A stretch of 64,000 nucleotides of DNA from NCBI GenBank assembly GCA_050084515.1, contig CM114271.1, forward strand, positions 47,182,001-47,246,000. Reading direction: 5' to 3'. Both the position numbers and the translations under genes were made by a program. This stretch comes from Blasia pusilla (taxonomy: Eukaryota). A model generated the notes under the pieces. It had not been told where the DNA came from. It was given only the letters and a program-made list of their open reading frames with translations, and searched no databases. Below, piece after piece: positions 15,087 through 27,699 of this stretch (position 1 is its first letter; every line of letters starts with the position of its first letter).

Positions 15087-16225
15087 CGCCTTCGGAATCC
15101 CTCGGCTCCCTCCCACTGCATTGTCCACAAGCGTGTCGTCACTCCTCGGAAGTCGTGCAAAAAATGGCAGCCACCCTCTCAAAGGAAGGAACAAATGAAG
15201 GGAAGGAGGGAAGAAGAACAAACTGAAGCAATCAAAAAGCAGCCAGTTCTGTTTCGCTTGGCAAGTCGTTTCTTGCGCGCTCTCCTCTTTTGACAACCAC
15301 AGTGGAGACACTGCACAACGAACTCCCTGGATGTTCGAGCGAGAAGCTGAGAGAAGAGGGCGACGGTCAAGCCACCAGGTATTCCATATTGCACTGCACT
15401 GGCTGGGCTTAGCAACACTTGAACAGCTGCAATGCAAGGTTCTTTGCACCACCTTCGCCGATCACAGTGTTCTCACGGAGGATGAAACTTCCCAGCCTCA
15501 AAAAGGTGGTCCTCACTCAGCTAGCTTTACTACCCATAGTCAAACTCCAGAATCGGAACCTCAATTCAACGACCCGGTGTAAGCACTCACACATTTTGGC
15601 ACGTGTCCATGAGCTCCAAGCATCGCCCATCACCATTGGACGACCTGGGCGATTACCACAAGCCCACATTCTCGAAGAACAACTTAACTTCGCATGCTTT
15701 TATGACACTCTTCTTCTCTCTCGACCTGACGGCTTAGCTTCAATCGCTTTGTACTAAACTCTCTGAAGTGGTGGGTAGAACACAGATATGCCCCTAGGAC
15801 TATGAGCCACTAAAGTGCTTTTTCTTAGCGTAATATTTTGTTAGCTGTATTGTGCCTTACGGTAATAATCACTCTCAAAATAATTGAGCATTGGAGAGGT
15901 GCATCATGGCTGAGCTATGGAGCAGTTGAAGGATCGATTAATGGCGGACGGACCCAGTTAAGGGTTCTGACAAGGTCGCTTTGTGCTTCCCCACTCCCTC
16001 CGCATGTGCGCTTCCGCTCCAGGAATAAGTATTCTCTACCTCAGATCCTCTAAAGTTCTAACCACTGGGCTCAAGGGCACAGGGACACCAAATATGATCC
16101 AGCTCACCCTGGCCGGGTGCAATCACTGCACGGATCTGTGGATCCCAAGTCTGAGGGGTGACAGCCTCTCTTCCTTTATTGCTAACCAAGCAAAACCGAG
16201 CTGCCTAGAAATTGCATAACCAACC

Positions 16226-16228
<3 letters not shown>

Positions 16229-16259
<31 letters not shown>
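16229..16259. repeat. (GA)n microsatellite
   Basis: Direct reading of the sequence. Confidence 0.9.
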
Positions 16260-16264
<5 letters not shown>

Positions 16265-17229
16265 TTAGTAAGATTTGTGGTCCACGGGAAGCGGCTGGGA
16301 CTGTATGTGTGTGATAGTGACATCCGACAGGCTCCTTTACATCCAGTGATTCTCAAGCACTTCTGCTTGCGATTGCATCGGAGGGGATTTGTTGTTTCAG
16401 AGACTGTACTCATTAAGTAGTGCCTGTCGTAGCCTTACGACCATAGACACCGCGCCCTGGTTTTTCACAGTGAGAGGGAGAGAGAGAGAGAGATGTGGGA
16501 AGGAGTCATCTCTGATTGAAGGTACATCAGTTGCCCAACCCACAAGACTTTCTCACCTCTGCAGGAGTTTTCTCGCTCACTACCAGCTTCGAATTCCCTT
16601 TGCGCTCTCCACCTTTACTTCGTTATTTTCTTCCGCTCCGACTGTCGGCAGCGCTGATGAGCTCCCAGTGACTCTCCCTATCTCCAACTCATTATCCCAC
16701 AAATGCTATCCATTCCTCTCCTCAGATCCTTCATCTCATCACTCCATTTTCCTGCACTGACGAAGCCTCACGTGTTTTCATGCCAACAGTTGATCAAACT
16801 GAACTCTGAATCTTCCTACTTCTTAAACAGGTAATCCTCAAGAACTTCGGATACATCAAATATACACTTGTCCACAGTCGGGCTGGTGTCGGGCTATCTG
16901 TGCCACCTCCTACCATCTTTAGTGGGCTCTTCAAATCCATCACTGGTGCCAATCCTTGCAGTCTGGGAGTGACCGGACTAGATTTAACCTGCCAATGGGT
17001 AATGTTTTCTTCTCATTCACAGCTGCTCTTGAAAATAACAAACTCTTTCATCTATGGGCTTATATTCTTCATGGGCTGGCCAACCAACCAGCAAGTGAGA
17101 AGACCATAGCACCCGTTGAGTGAGCTATGGTATGGTATTCTTGTTGTTCCCTCATTGCATCTTTCGTTTAATGGGAACACCTTCTCAAGGTGGAGGTGTA
17201 CTTCCACCTTGAGAGGGAGATATGCCATT

Positions 17230-17580
17230 GTCACTTCAAGGATGGATCGAGGCTATGGTTCTTGGAGCTATGTGCCACTCGCATTTCAAGGATAGCTTTA
17301 GATGATTTGAAGGATGGATTGTGGCTATGGGGGTTAGCTGCCTCTCTCATTTCAAAGATAGATTGTTGCTATGGCTATGGGAGCTATGTGCCACTTGCAT
17401 TTCAAAGATTGAGATGATTTCAAGGATCGTTTGTGGCTTTGGGAGTTATATCCCTCTTTCATTTCAAGGATGGATTGTGGCTATGGGAGTTGTGGCTTTG
17501 GGAGTTATATCCCTCTTTCATTTCAAGGATAGATTGTGGCTACGTGAGCTATGTGCTTCTTTCATTTCAAGGATGGATGT
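17230..17580. repeat. Degenerate minisatellite (TTTCAAGGATGGATTGTGGCTATGGGAG.. units, about 8 copies of variable length)
   Basis: Recurrent (CA)TTTCAAGGAT(G/A)GATTGTGGCT core, spaced roughly 20-60 nt apart. Confidence 0.8.
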
Positions 17581-19859
17581 GGACCCATGGTTCTCCTAAT
17601 GTTGCCATTCTTTGTAATTACAACCGACTGACAAAGTTTGGAGACTTCCAACGTAGGTCTAGGAAGTTTGGCCATTTTCAGGTGAAAAGGAGGGCCTATT
17701 CAAATGTTCCCATGGAAATCTCCAATGGAATATTTTTCATTATTAGAAAATCGACTAGCTTCAAATACACTAGTGTACATCCCGCGCCATGCACACAAGT
17801 GAAGGGATTAATTATGTTGGACACAAATCAATTTTTGTTTTCTTGCTTCGTGAAGTATGGAAGACATTTTCTTGTTGCCCAACTGCCACATGTCAAGCAT
17901 ACAAGTATTTGCAAATCAAGAAGACACTCTCCAATAATAATATAGATTTGAGGTTGAGTTCACTTCAAGGATGGATGGAGGCCATGCTTTGAGTCTCATC
18001 AAAACTTTGAATTCTAAGCCTTACACTCCCAATATCTTAGTTTGAAGGTTTCATGAAGTAATAGTAATATTAGTGAAGCTCGTGTAGATGCTTCCAATGG
18101 TAGAGTATAAGGCCAAGTTTCCTATCAATATAGATCATTCTTTTCTACAACTCCCACTCAATCTTTGGTTTCTCATCTTAAGGAGTCCTTTTGAACCTAA
18201 ACCCTTAAGGTACATATCCACATTTCCTCACCATTTTGAACAAGGATTAGTCATATATAGATACTCCTCGCATGTGAATGCATGTCTTGGAATTGAGTCA
18301 TGATTGTGGATTGAAAGAAGCAACCAAGAGGAACCAAGGCCAATATTATACTAATGTAGTCACAATATTAGCTAGGTTCCCTACAGTTGTGGCATGGTCA
18401 CCTATTTGATTTATAATCATGCCGAACAATAGTGTTCGACGTGAGCATTAGGTCAATTCAGCCAATTACTTGGCCAAAACACAATGTGTTTCAAACCAAT
18501 TGTTGCGGAAGGTTGTTATATGATCTTTGTAAAGCCTATTATTGACATCCATATTATCTTGAGAAGGCCATGTTATGTCCTCAAACCCTGAACCGTGTCA
18601 TTGCTTTCCTACGCGACGGTCAAGTGATAGTCACTTAGACCAAGATTGACTTCTCACTATAGCAATCTCATAGCATAAGAGTCTTGATGTGGAATATACG
18701 AGGTCTTACAAAAAAAAAGTACATGAGTACTTTCCTTATTTGGGAGAAGATGTACATCATCAATATCATTGGATGTGGGAACACAAGAGCAATACCATTT
18801 AAGAGTTGCAAAGGTTTACTTTAGTGGGATCAAAATCGTCGAAAATGGCTAAGTCCATAGCGGCCACACTAGTGGGGATCCACAAAGTGAGTCATGCTTA
18901 TGGGTCCAAGGAGGAAAGATCTTGTTGTGACCCACCAAATTCAGCACCAAGACTATGTAGTCGCTAGACTAGGAAGATTGACGGAACCGACCATGGGACA
19001 AATACTTGACAAGACATACACAAGTCTTATGACTAGCCTTAGACAAGGAAGGGCTATAACTACTCCAAGGAAAAAATGTAAGGCAAGAAAAATTTTAGAC
19101 CTTGGAGCCAAGCGCCAAGTCAAGGGCGAAAAGCAAGGGATACGTGAGTAATCAAGATAGGCGAGATGTCACGAGATTAGTCACAAAACACGAAAGGCAG
19201 CAAGACAAACATGAGATGCCAAACAAGGAGTCAAGACGGATGCTAACCATGAAACATATGGAACGTGTATCCAAGCTTCGAGATGCGTTTGGGGAGCCAA
19301 GAGTTGCATAATTTGCAAGAAGCCTTTGCCAAGCCATCTTGACGGATAACTAGTCAACGTTAGATCGCGGGTCATAAACCACATTTAAGTTGAGGGGAAA
19401 AATCAAGGGCCTAAGGGGAACAATAGGAAAGGTGGGGTTCTCTCGAAGAACCCTAGAATTACCTATAGGGGAGGGACACTCTCTCTGCCTACCCGCTCAA
19501 GTTGTTGAACCATGAACTATTTATGATGTGTGTTTGTTTGTGTTTCAAGTTTGAGCTAAAGACGCACCTTGATGAATTGACTGATGCAATAAATAGACAA
19601 TCAAGTTGGGGAGATTGGTTGAGGCTTGGGGAAGAGGCTTCTTAGGGAGACAATATGCACTTGGGGAAACTTGATTTGATAGGCACTTGGGAATTTCTCA
19701 GCTATCTACAAAACACGCAACCTGTTGAGTCTTTGGGACTCGACCAAAGTCGACCCATAGCAAAGCTTAAGGTTAAGAGTGCTTTAGGGCAAAGCTAGGA
19801 GAAGTAGAGATCAAACTCCATTTATTCTCTTGTTCCATGTTCTTCACCATGACAAACAT

Positions 19860-20285
19860 AGAGCAAGAGAAAGCAACAGACTCGAAGGGATTATGGAGGT
19901 ATTGTTATCTACGTCAAGTCTAAATTTCTATACCTCATACATCTACAAGATCAAGATATTGAGGAGTAATGTTGTTGGATACGTCTTGGTTTGGTTGGGA
20001 GACCTGATTATTATTTGGAAATGTATTATTTTGCATCACTTTCCATGCCTACATATATACCCAACGTGCGCTTGTCTTAGGAGTCAACCATTCATCATCT
20101 AGGTATTGATGTTCTCAACATTAACTCAAACCAAAGGCTAAGTCTTTCTAGTTGGGGATTTCAATGCTACGACACATACTACTAAATTTACCCAATTCAA
20201 TGATTCCTTGACATCTCCTCTTCTCGAAAAACCATATAATTGTTTATAGTCTAAAGTTTCTCATGATCCTTCCACTAATTTCACG
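19860..20285 (+). pseudogene. LINE AP-endonuclease remnant
   Basis: VFLVGDFNATT at about 20142-20175 (GDFN motif of L1-type endonucleases). The surrounding frame is degraded. Confidence 0.45.
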
Positions 20286-20289
20286 TTGA

Positions 20290-21812
20290 GTGTGGTCAAT
20301 AGAGTTAGTATGCCACAAGCAACACTTTGCACACTAATGATTTTTCCTACCTCCTAGACTTATAAGGAGGGAGGTCCTTGCTTTCTTTGGTATGATTTGG
20401 CAAATCACTTAATGGAGCCCAACATCGACTAGAAAGAATGTGGGATCAGATTTCCCATATGAGTGACGATAGTGTTGTTCTTGATAGAGATGTCTCAACG
20501 TTAGGTAGTCAATGAGATTATGGATCTAAATTGTATGACATGGATTATCAATCAAGGAGTTGTTAATTAAGCAATGTCATATGCGATTGAGGTGTGTTAC
20601 CTTTAAGGTATTGAAGACTGAGTTATAGTCAAGCTCATCGTCACCCGAACTGCTACATTTGGTACTCACACGAAGTAAGGAAGCTTAATCTAGGTTAGTC
20701 AATTAAGCGCGATTATCTTAACTAAGGTTAATTAATCACAATTAGTCTAACTCAAGACTATGTTTAGGATTAAGGTTAAGGATGCTTGTACATACCCTAT
20801 GAAATTGAGAAGGGGACCAACCTTCACTCATTCTCTTATTGCAAAATTTCGTTCTCCATGGTGGTGTGTGAGTGAGAGTTATTTCCCACCAATTACGCTT
20901 TTTTAGTAGTTTTTTACATGGAATCATAGCGATAGGAAAACATCATTTGAAATTCTTGTTTGAGGAGAGAAGAGAAGCAAGAGAAGGCACAATTTTGGTT
21001 TTGGAGAAGGAAATTTCTTTCACAGTTCAGTGGTTGCAGATTTTAGGTAGAGCTTTGATGACGACTAAACTTTGGAGGCATTTTTTAGGGCTTTCCCACT
21101 CGATTAAGCAATCTGGTTCCGCATCGATTAAAAAAAACACCAAAGGCTGGTTTTAATCGTCCTATAGAGCTCCTCAAGAGCTTTCCACCGCATCCAAAAT
21201 TGCTCGATTCTAACATTCTAAGCTCATGCAATAGCAATTTTAGTGTAGGAAAGTGCAATTAATAGAGGAATGTTGTGCAGTTTGCTCTCTACAAGCTAAT
21301 TTTGACTATTTCTTCCATGCAATTGGTCAATTTTGACAAAATTTAGGTCATTTTTTGTGTAGAAGTGATCTATGCTTCAATTGGAGCAGTGGATAGCGTA
21401 AAATTATGTTTTTATGAGTAAAATCGTTCGTCATGGAATATTCCTCAACAGTAATCATATGCGAGAAGCTAGATAAGCAGAATTACAATGTTTGGAAGTT
21501 TCGCATGAAATAATTTCTCATGGGTCAAGAACTGGAGCTTGTTATAGATGATGAGGCTAAGCCAGAAGATGACTCAACAAACTTGAATATTCGCGCTTGG
21601 AATAAACGCGCAAGACAAGTAATCTACTACATTTCAATAATGATTAGTTCGCCAATGATAGGTCTAATTCAAGATGTTGATTCTCCAAAGGAGGCTTGGG
21701 GTGCATTGAAAAAATTGGTCCACACATCTACAAGGGCCAGAAAGCTTCGATTGAAACGAAAATTGAACGAAGTGAGGAAAGGATAGTAGAGCATCAATGA
21801 CTATATTTTGAT
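20290..21812 (+). mobile_element. Ty1/Copia 5' remnant: LTR, degenerate tRNA-iMet PBS and gag N-terminus
   Basis: LTR ends ...TTTTACA (20918), followed by TGGAATCATAGC (2 mismatches from the TGGTATCAGAGC PBS). gag from 21433: EKLDKQNYNVWKFRMK*FLMGQEL...IQDVDSPKEAWGALKK...RKLRLKRKLNEVRKG. LTR start is approximate. Confidence 0.75.
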
Positions 21813-21949
21813 TAGAAACATATAAATATGTGCATATGTAAAAAAAAAAATAGACACTCAAGGGGATGGAAAAACTTGATCCAAAAGATAATATTATTCG
21901 ACCCTCCCTCATGGAAGGTAGGGGTATGTATCCTTAATCTAAACACTAT

Positions 21950-22721
21950 TGTCGTGCGCATACACATTGCTACAGAACATACATCGTTGTCACCAAACAC
22001 ACACACACAAACATGCACGATCCCATCCTAACTCATGGGATCCAAACAACGACATAAGAAGTACCAAAATATCTCCAATAAATCAAGATCCAATCTCTCT
22101 CAACACCATAGCTCTCTAATGTGTGCACTCTCACATGTCTCTCTCAATGTCAAACCAAACCCACTCTCCTAATAAGAGGCTTGGGTTACACACACAAGGC
22201 AAGCAAGACCATAGCTCTACCACCTTATGTCAAGAGGTTCAACAAAGAGAGAATGAGTTCTCAAGCTCTCTCTCCTTGAGGTATACCCCTCCCTTCCCCC
22301 AAGCTCTCTCCATAGTAACCTATGCTCCCAAGTCACCTCTTTGGCTCTTGACCCGATGTAGGAGGTCTAGGGCCATTTATAAAAAATGGAAACTCGACCA
22401 TATACTCAAAATAGTATTGACCTAAAATAGTAAGTTCCTCAATATGGCTCCAAATGAGCCGAAACGAAGGAGAAACCTTCTCTCTCAGGTTTCTCAAAGC
22501 CTCAGTAGGTCATCCTTGACCTCTTGAGCCTGTCCACCACTACTCGAGAAGGCGCTTTGCTTGATCTTACCGATCTATCTTAAAAGACGTGACAACTATC
22601 GTACGCATACACATCGTTACACAACACACATCGCTGTCATCGAACACACACAGAAACACGCACGATCCCATGCTAACTCATGGCATCCAAACAACGAGAC
22701 AAGAAGTACCAAAATATCTCC
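21950..22721 (-). repeat. 3' split terminal repeat block of copy 1: A (21950-22076), B (22079-22594), A' (22597-22721)
   Basis: A and A' align over about 125 bp (TGTCGTGCGCATACACAT...CCAAAATATCTCC). B aligns with 33535-34040. Confidence 0.9.
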
Positions 22722-22899
22722 GATCGTCCCTCTAGTTGGTGGTTAGGACCCTCTAACTCCAGATAGCCGTCTATCCCTACCTACCATGACATACATCTCT
22801 CGGACACTAAGAGCAAGAAGGTTGGGTGCTCATGTGGCCCCATCGTTAGTCGCCTTCTTGTCATCCATGTCACAGACACAAGTCAAAATGTAGAACTAT

Positions 22900-23060
22900 C
22901 TACGCTTTGTACATCTGAGACACATCTATCGTCCTTGAGGAACCCTAGTGAGAGGTGGCGTCAAACATGCCACATGCCATCCTATCGAACATCCATCACA
23001 GACTAGCATAGTGGCTGCACTACAGGCGGAACCACACAACATACACCACAAGATGGCAGG
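22900..23060 (-). pseudogene. PHD finger at the integrase C-terminus, copy 1
   Basis: CMLCGSACSAATMLVCDGCSIGWHVACLTPPLTRVPQGR*MCLRC is a C4HC3 PHD with the terminal Trp mutated to a stop. Confidence 0.88.
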
Positions 23061-23169
23061 AATTACTCCTAAGCTCGGATCAACTGTACCGTCAATGTTC
23101 GAAAGATGACACAACGTACAACTACGCACGTGGTCCTTCCAAACCATACCATCACATCCCTCCAATGAT

Positions 23170-25560
23170 TAAGAGAATACTTGATGGCAAAACCTCACAC
23201 ACTCTCAAGATTGTGGATGTTGAATTTGTATCCCACCGCCAAGCACGGGAGGTGAAGGTCCCAATCTCCTAGGTGACCTCTTTGCAAGCCATACTTGCGT
23301 AATCCTCTCTTCACCGTCTGCACAACCTTCTCCGCTAGTCCATCCGCCTCAGGTTGATCTCACAAAATAATGCGGTGGTTGATTAGTGCCTGATCACACA
23401 AGGTCTGAAACTCCCCGAGAAACTCTATACCCTGGTCTGTCAACACCTCAGCTGGTGCGTCGTAATGACTCAACACTCAATCTAGAAAGGCATACGCTAC
23501 TCCCTCACTCGCTTTGTCAGGCAATGCAATCAACTCTATCCACTTGGAGAAGTGTTTGACCATCACCAACACATAGCGACTTTGGCGCTCTGTCAAAGGC
23601 AAAGGTCCTACAAAATCCAAACTCCATCTATAACCTAAACCCATGATCGGAAGTGGATGCAACTGTGGAGTCCAAGCATTGAACGATGCTCGGACTCGAT
23701 CATACACCATGAATTTGGTAACAAATTGTTGAATGTCAGTTTGCATGCCTCACCACCAATACTGAATCTAGAGCAAGCTGTACGTCTGCTTCACTCCAAA
23801 ATGACCCAACTTCTCGTGGGCATGACATACCAAACGTACTCTCTACAAAGAATGAGGCACTACACGCACCCTACCATCCTCCCACACCCGCAACACATGT
23901 GTCCCCTCCCACCAGAATCGTTTGGCTCGTTGTAGGATCCGATCCCGCTCTCTAGCACCCACTATACTCGCAACGCTGCTAGTACGCAAGTACTCCAAGA
24001 CCACTCCATCGTCGTGAATTTCTCGGCCACTTGTCATCTCCTCACTAGCCTCTAGATCTAGGGACTCTCCATCAAACCTCGCCACCGAAGTCTCAACAAT
24101 TTGGCTCTCCATAGCCAACAAGCCTAAATAGGTTGACCCATGCCATCCTGGCACCAACTCCTCATCACTCTCACCATGCCAACGAGCTCCAATCGCATCT
24201 CGCTCACTCGAGCATGGATTACGGCTCAAACCATCTGAATCCTGGTTGAGCGTCCCAGGTCTATATACCACCTAGAAGTCATACTCCTGCAACAAAAGAG
24301 CCCACCTCGCAAGCTTCCTTGTAAGCTTGTCGGACTCCATCAACCACTTAAGTGGCTGATGATTAGTAATGATGGTAAAGGAATTGCCAAATAGTTAACA
24401 TCCGAAATGTGCGACAGCCCACATTGCAGCCAAGCACTCACCCTCATACCAGCTATATCTCGCCTATGTAGTGTTGTTCGAGGGACTAGCGTAAGCCACC
24501 ATGAACTCTCTACCATCATCATCATGCTGGGTGAGCACGGCTCCAAGCCCCAACATGCTCCAATTAGTATGCAACTAGAAAGGACGCCCCCTCATCGGTC
24601 TCCTTAATATGGGCGCGGACGTCAATCTGTCCTTGAGCATCTGAAATGCTCTCTCCTACTCATCCCCCCAATGCCACTCATGATCCACCTTGGTCAGTAA
24701 GGTCAACGTCTTTGCAATCGAGTTGAAACCCTTGATGTACCATTGATAGAAGTTCGCCAATCCCATGAATGCACGAACTCAACTCACATTTGTAGGGCGT
24801 GGAATGCGTGAAATAGCCTCTACCTTCGCCCACTGCACACCAAGGCCCCGTGGATATATTGTATGACCCAAGTACTCAATCTGGTCGTAGAAGAACTTGC
24901 ACTTGCCTGGATGTAACTCCAGCCCATGTAATTATAATCGTCGAAACACCTCCTCTAGATGTCGCTCATGCTCCTCAACCGTGGTGCTAAAGACCACGAT
25001 GTCATCAATATAACATCTAGCAAAATCAAGACCTTCCAAGATCCTATCCATGACTATCTAAAACTCAGCCGGGGCGTTCTTTAACCCGGATGGTAAGAAC
25101 CGCCACTGGTACAAAAAATCCTTCTCGTGAGGATCGATGCCCCAAAATGCCGTCTTCAACGTGTCCTCCAATCTGATAGGCAACTGATGGTATTCAGCTC
25201 GCAAATCCAATGAATTGAAGACCTTTGCATGCCCAATCGCATCAAAGATCTCCTCTAGGATGGGCATGGCATACCTATCAAACTTCATCTGCCGATTGAT
25301 AGGTCGGTAATCTCCACACATCCGGCTATCCGTCCAATTGCCATGTACATCCTTCTTGGCGGGCATGACAGTGGTAGATGCATACTCCCCATGCGACATC
25401 TCCACTAGTCTTGCTTCGACCAAGTCCTGGCTCCTACTCTGAATGAGAGCCCTCTCCACGTTAGTGTATCTATAGGTTCATTGGAAGATCCGTGTGTCAC
25501 TCGACAACTCAATGCGGATCCCTCGACCCTTCAACGTACCTAAATCATGCATGCTAAATG
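23170..25560 (-). pseudogene. RT - RNase H - integrase, copy 1
   Basis: RMCGDYRPINRQ, FNSLDLRAEYHQL, LPSGLKNAPAEF, YRPGTLNQDSDGLSR, YRWSLDFVGPLP, VMVKHFSKWIE. Lacks about 330 bp of the IN C-terminal region that copy 2 has (junction near 23215). Confidence 0.92.
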
Positions 25561-25994
25561 CCAAACAACTCTTATAACTCCTAAGGAAGTGATGTATCCG
25601 GCGCCGCTCTCCTCCTGTCAACTTAGGGCCCATATTTGGTTCCCAAGTCTCCATCGTGACTACAGTAGGAATCTTCGGCGCGGGTTTTGGTGGTTGCTAT
25701 GGTGCAACCTCATCTCGGACAACAAAACTCGACTGCTCCCCTGCAGCCAACTGCAAAATCGGATCTCCGTTTGCAGTACCCCGAACCATGGTCGATGTTA
25801 TGGCTACCATCTCTTGACGTTCCTGCAAAACATCCCAAGAAGTCCAAGGGTGTTTCTCCCGATCACCCTTAGCGTGTCGATCTCCTCGGGTCTTGCCCCT
25901 AGCCACTTCCTCAATCGTCTCGGTAGGCATGGGGCTCACCAACGCAACTACTGTGATCTATCGCATCCTCAAACGACGCTGCTCAGCTACTCCT

Positions 25995-26935
25995 AAGCTG
26001 AAAATCCATATTAAGCAGTTCAGGTCCATTGCTTGATCCAAGACATGAAGTCGTGACGCCTCTGATAGTGATGGTACTGCCATCATTCCTGTGGGGAATC
26101 CCATTGCTCGCTCTCGCTCATCCGCGTTGGGCTCCACCAACCTCTGTACCTGGTCATCCCAAACCAAGCTAGGTCCGACCTCCTTGGATGCATAGGAAGC
26201 GGGAAAACTCACCAATGTGGGAAAGGCTGCGCATGGCATGCCAATCCTGTTGACCATAGTCAACGGCGGTCGATCATCATGCCTCACTGCTTGTGATCGA
26301 CCGCCCAAATCCAATATAGAATCCACCAACAAATTAGAGGGACGCTCCACTCTCGCATATCTTGCAACACCTCGTGTGGTACCAAGTTGGTCCACCAAAG
26401 ATGCGGGCGATGTGCTCGTGAATCCACACTTGCCGCATCCAACAAAACTGTCAAGCCAATCCATACGTGCACTTGATATGCACTCGTCACCACACGGGAC
26501 CTCGAATCGCCCAAAATTGGTACATTTTCAAGAATGTATGCTGGAGGATGAGACTGATGCTCCTGCAATTGTCGCAAGATCTGCATCATCTCCCAAAACA
26601 ACTTGGACCGAGAGTCAACCCCGTCCAGTACTCGACTCGCCCTGACATGGGCAACCAACAATGACCAAGTCTATGGTCCCTACCCGCTCCAAGTCCTACA
26701 CCCCCAACAATGAAATGTCCCTCGATAGGGACTCTGGTAATCCTGAATGGCGGACACAGACAACTAATCAGGAACATGGAGGCGTGACTGCGCCACATGG
26801 TGAAGTGAAACACGCCTCGCAACATCATCAATCTCCACATACAGGTATTGTTGCACGTGCACTCTAGCATACAAAACATCAGCTAATCAAGTGTTGATCC
26901 CTCCAAAGAGATCCAACACCCAAATATACTCCTCT
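25995..26935 (-). pseudogene. DNMT3-like C5 cytosine methyltransferase domain, copy 1
   Basis: Motif I VLDLFGGINT*L; IV IDLVIVGCPCQG; V SRSKLFWEM; VI YILENVP; VIII LDAASVDSRAHRPHLWWTNL; IX-X ERERAMGFPTGM...SRLHVLDQAMD. Confidence 0.9.
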
Positions 26936-27699
26936 GGGATGCACCACACAATCGGGGTGGTATCTAAAGGGGTCATAGCAGCACTCCTGCCTACTTGGGG
27001 TTCCTCTCACCCGTCACACTCTGATGCAAACGTCTCGCTCCACGCAGTCTGCACATAATCAGTGGCTAAGCGTCAAAGCTCCTCAGTTGAGCCCCAAATC
27101 GGCACCTCTCCTCCATAGACGGATGCGGATACCATGATACTCCTCTCCACAGAAATGTCAAGAACGAGAGTATCATGTGCATGGACATGTGGCAAGTGAT
27201 GGCATTGCTAAATACTGCTAACGTTGCCATCTCTCCTCCATAGACTGATGCAGATACCATGACACTCCTCTCCATAGAAATGTCAAGAACGAGAGTATCC
27301 TGTGCATGGACATGTGCCAAGTGATGGCATTGCTAAATACTGCTAACGTCGCCATTTCTCCTAGAAGTCACTCAATCACTGCACATGTGAATCGAACGGG
27401 TAATGAGCTAAGGCGCCCATCACCTGATTGCCATCCTAGTCTATAGGACGCTGACTCCTCCCAATAACCCAGGGAAAATCCCATCGGGTGTAAAATTGCT
27501 CCACCAACCAAGATGTCAGAGGACTCTGCATCAGTCACTATCGCCTTGGCTAGCACCACGAACTCACCTGTAGGATGTCTCGGGAAAATCCTCACCACAA
27601 CCTCCTGTCGGGTGATGTACTGTGTGGTACTCGCTCCACCCACGGATGTCTGTATCCAGAATGGACAACGCTCCACATCGGCTCTTGTCAAGTCCATTC

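Noticed and set aside
14904-15452. 182-aa ORF as an extended FAAH N-terminus
   Set aside because: It starts at a non-ATG codon. Homology to plant FAAH and the expected length fit the ATG at 15086.
16320-16432. Possible miRNA-like hairpin (CGACAGGC / GCCTGTCG) between GA tracts
   Set aside because: Only an 8-bp perfect core; the pairing does not extend convincingly.
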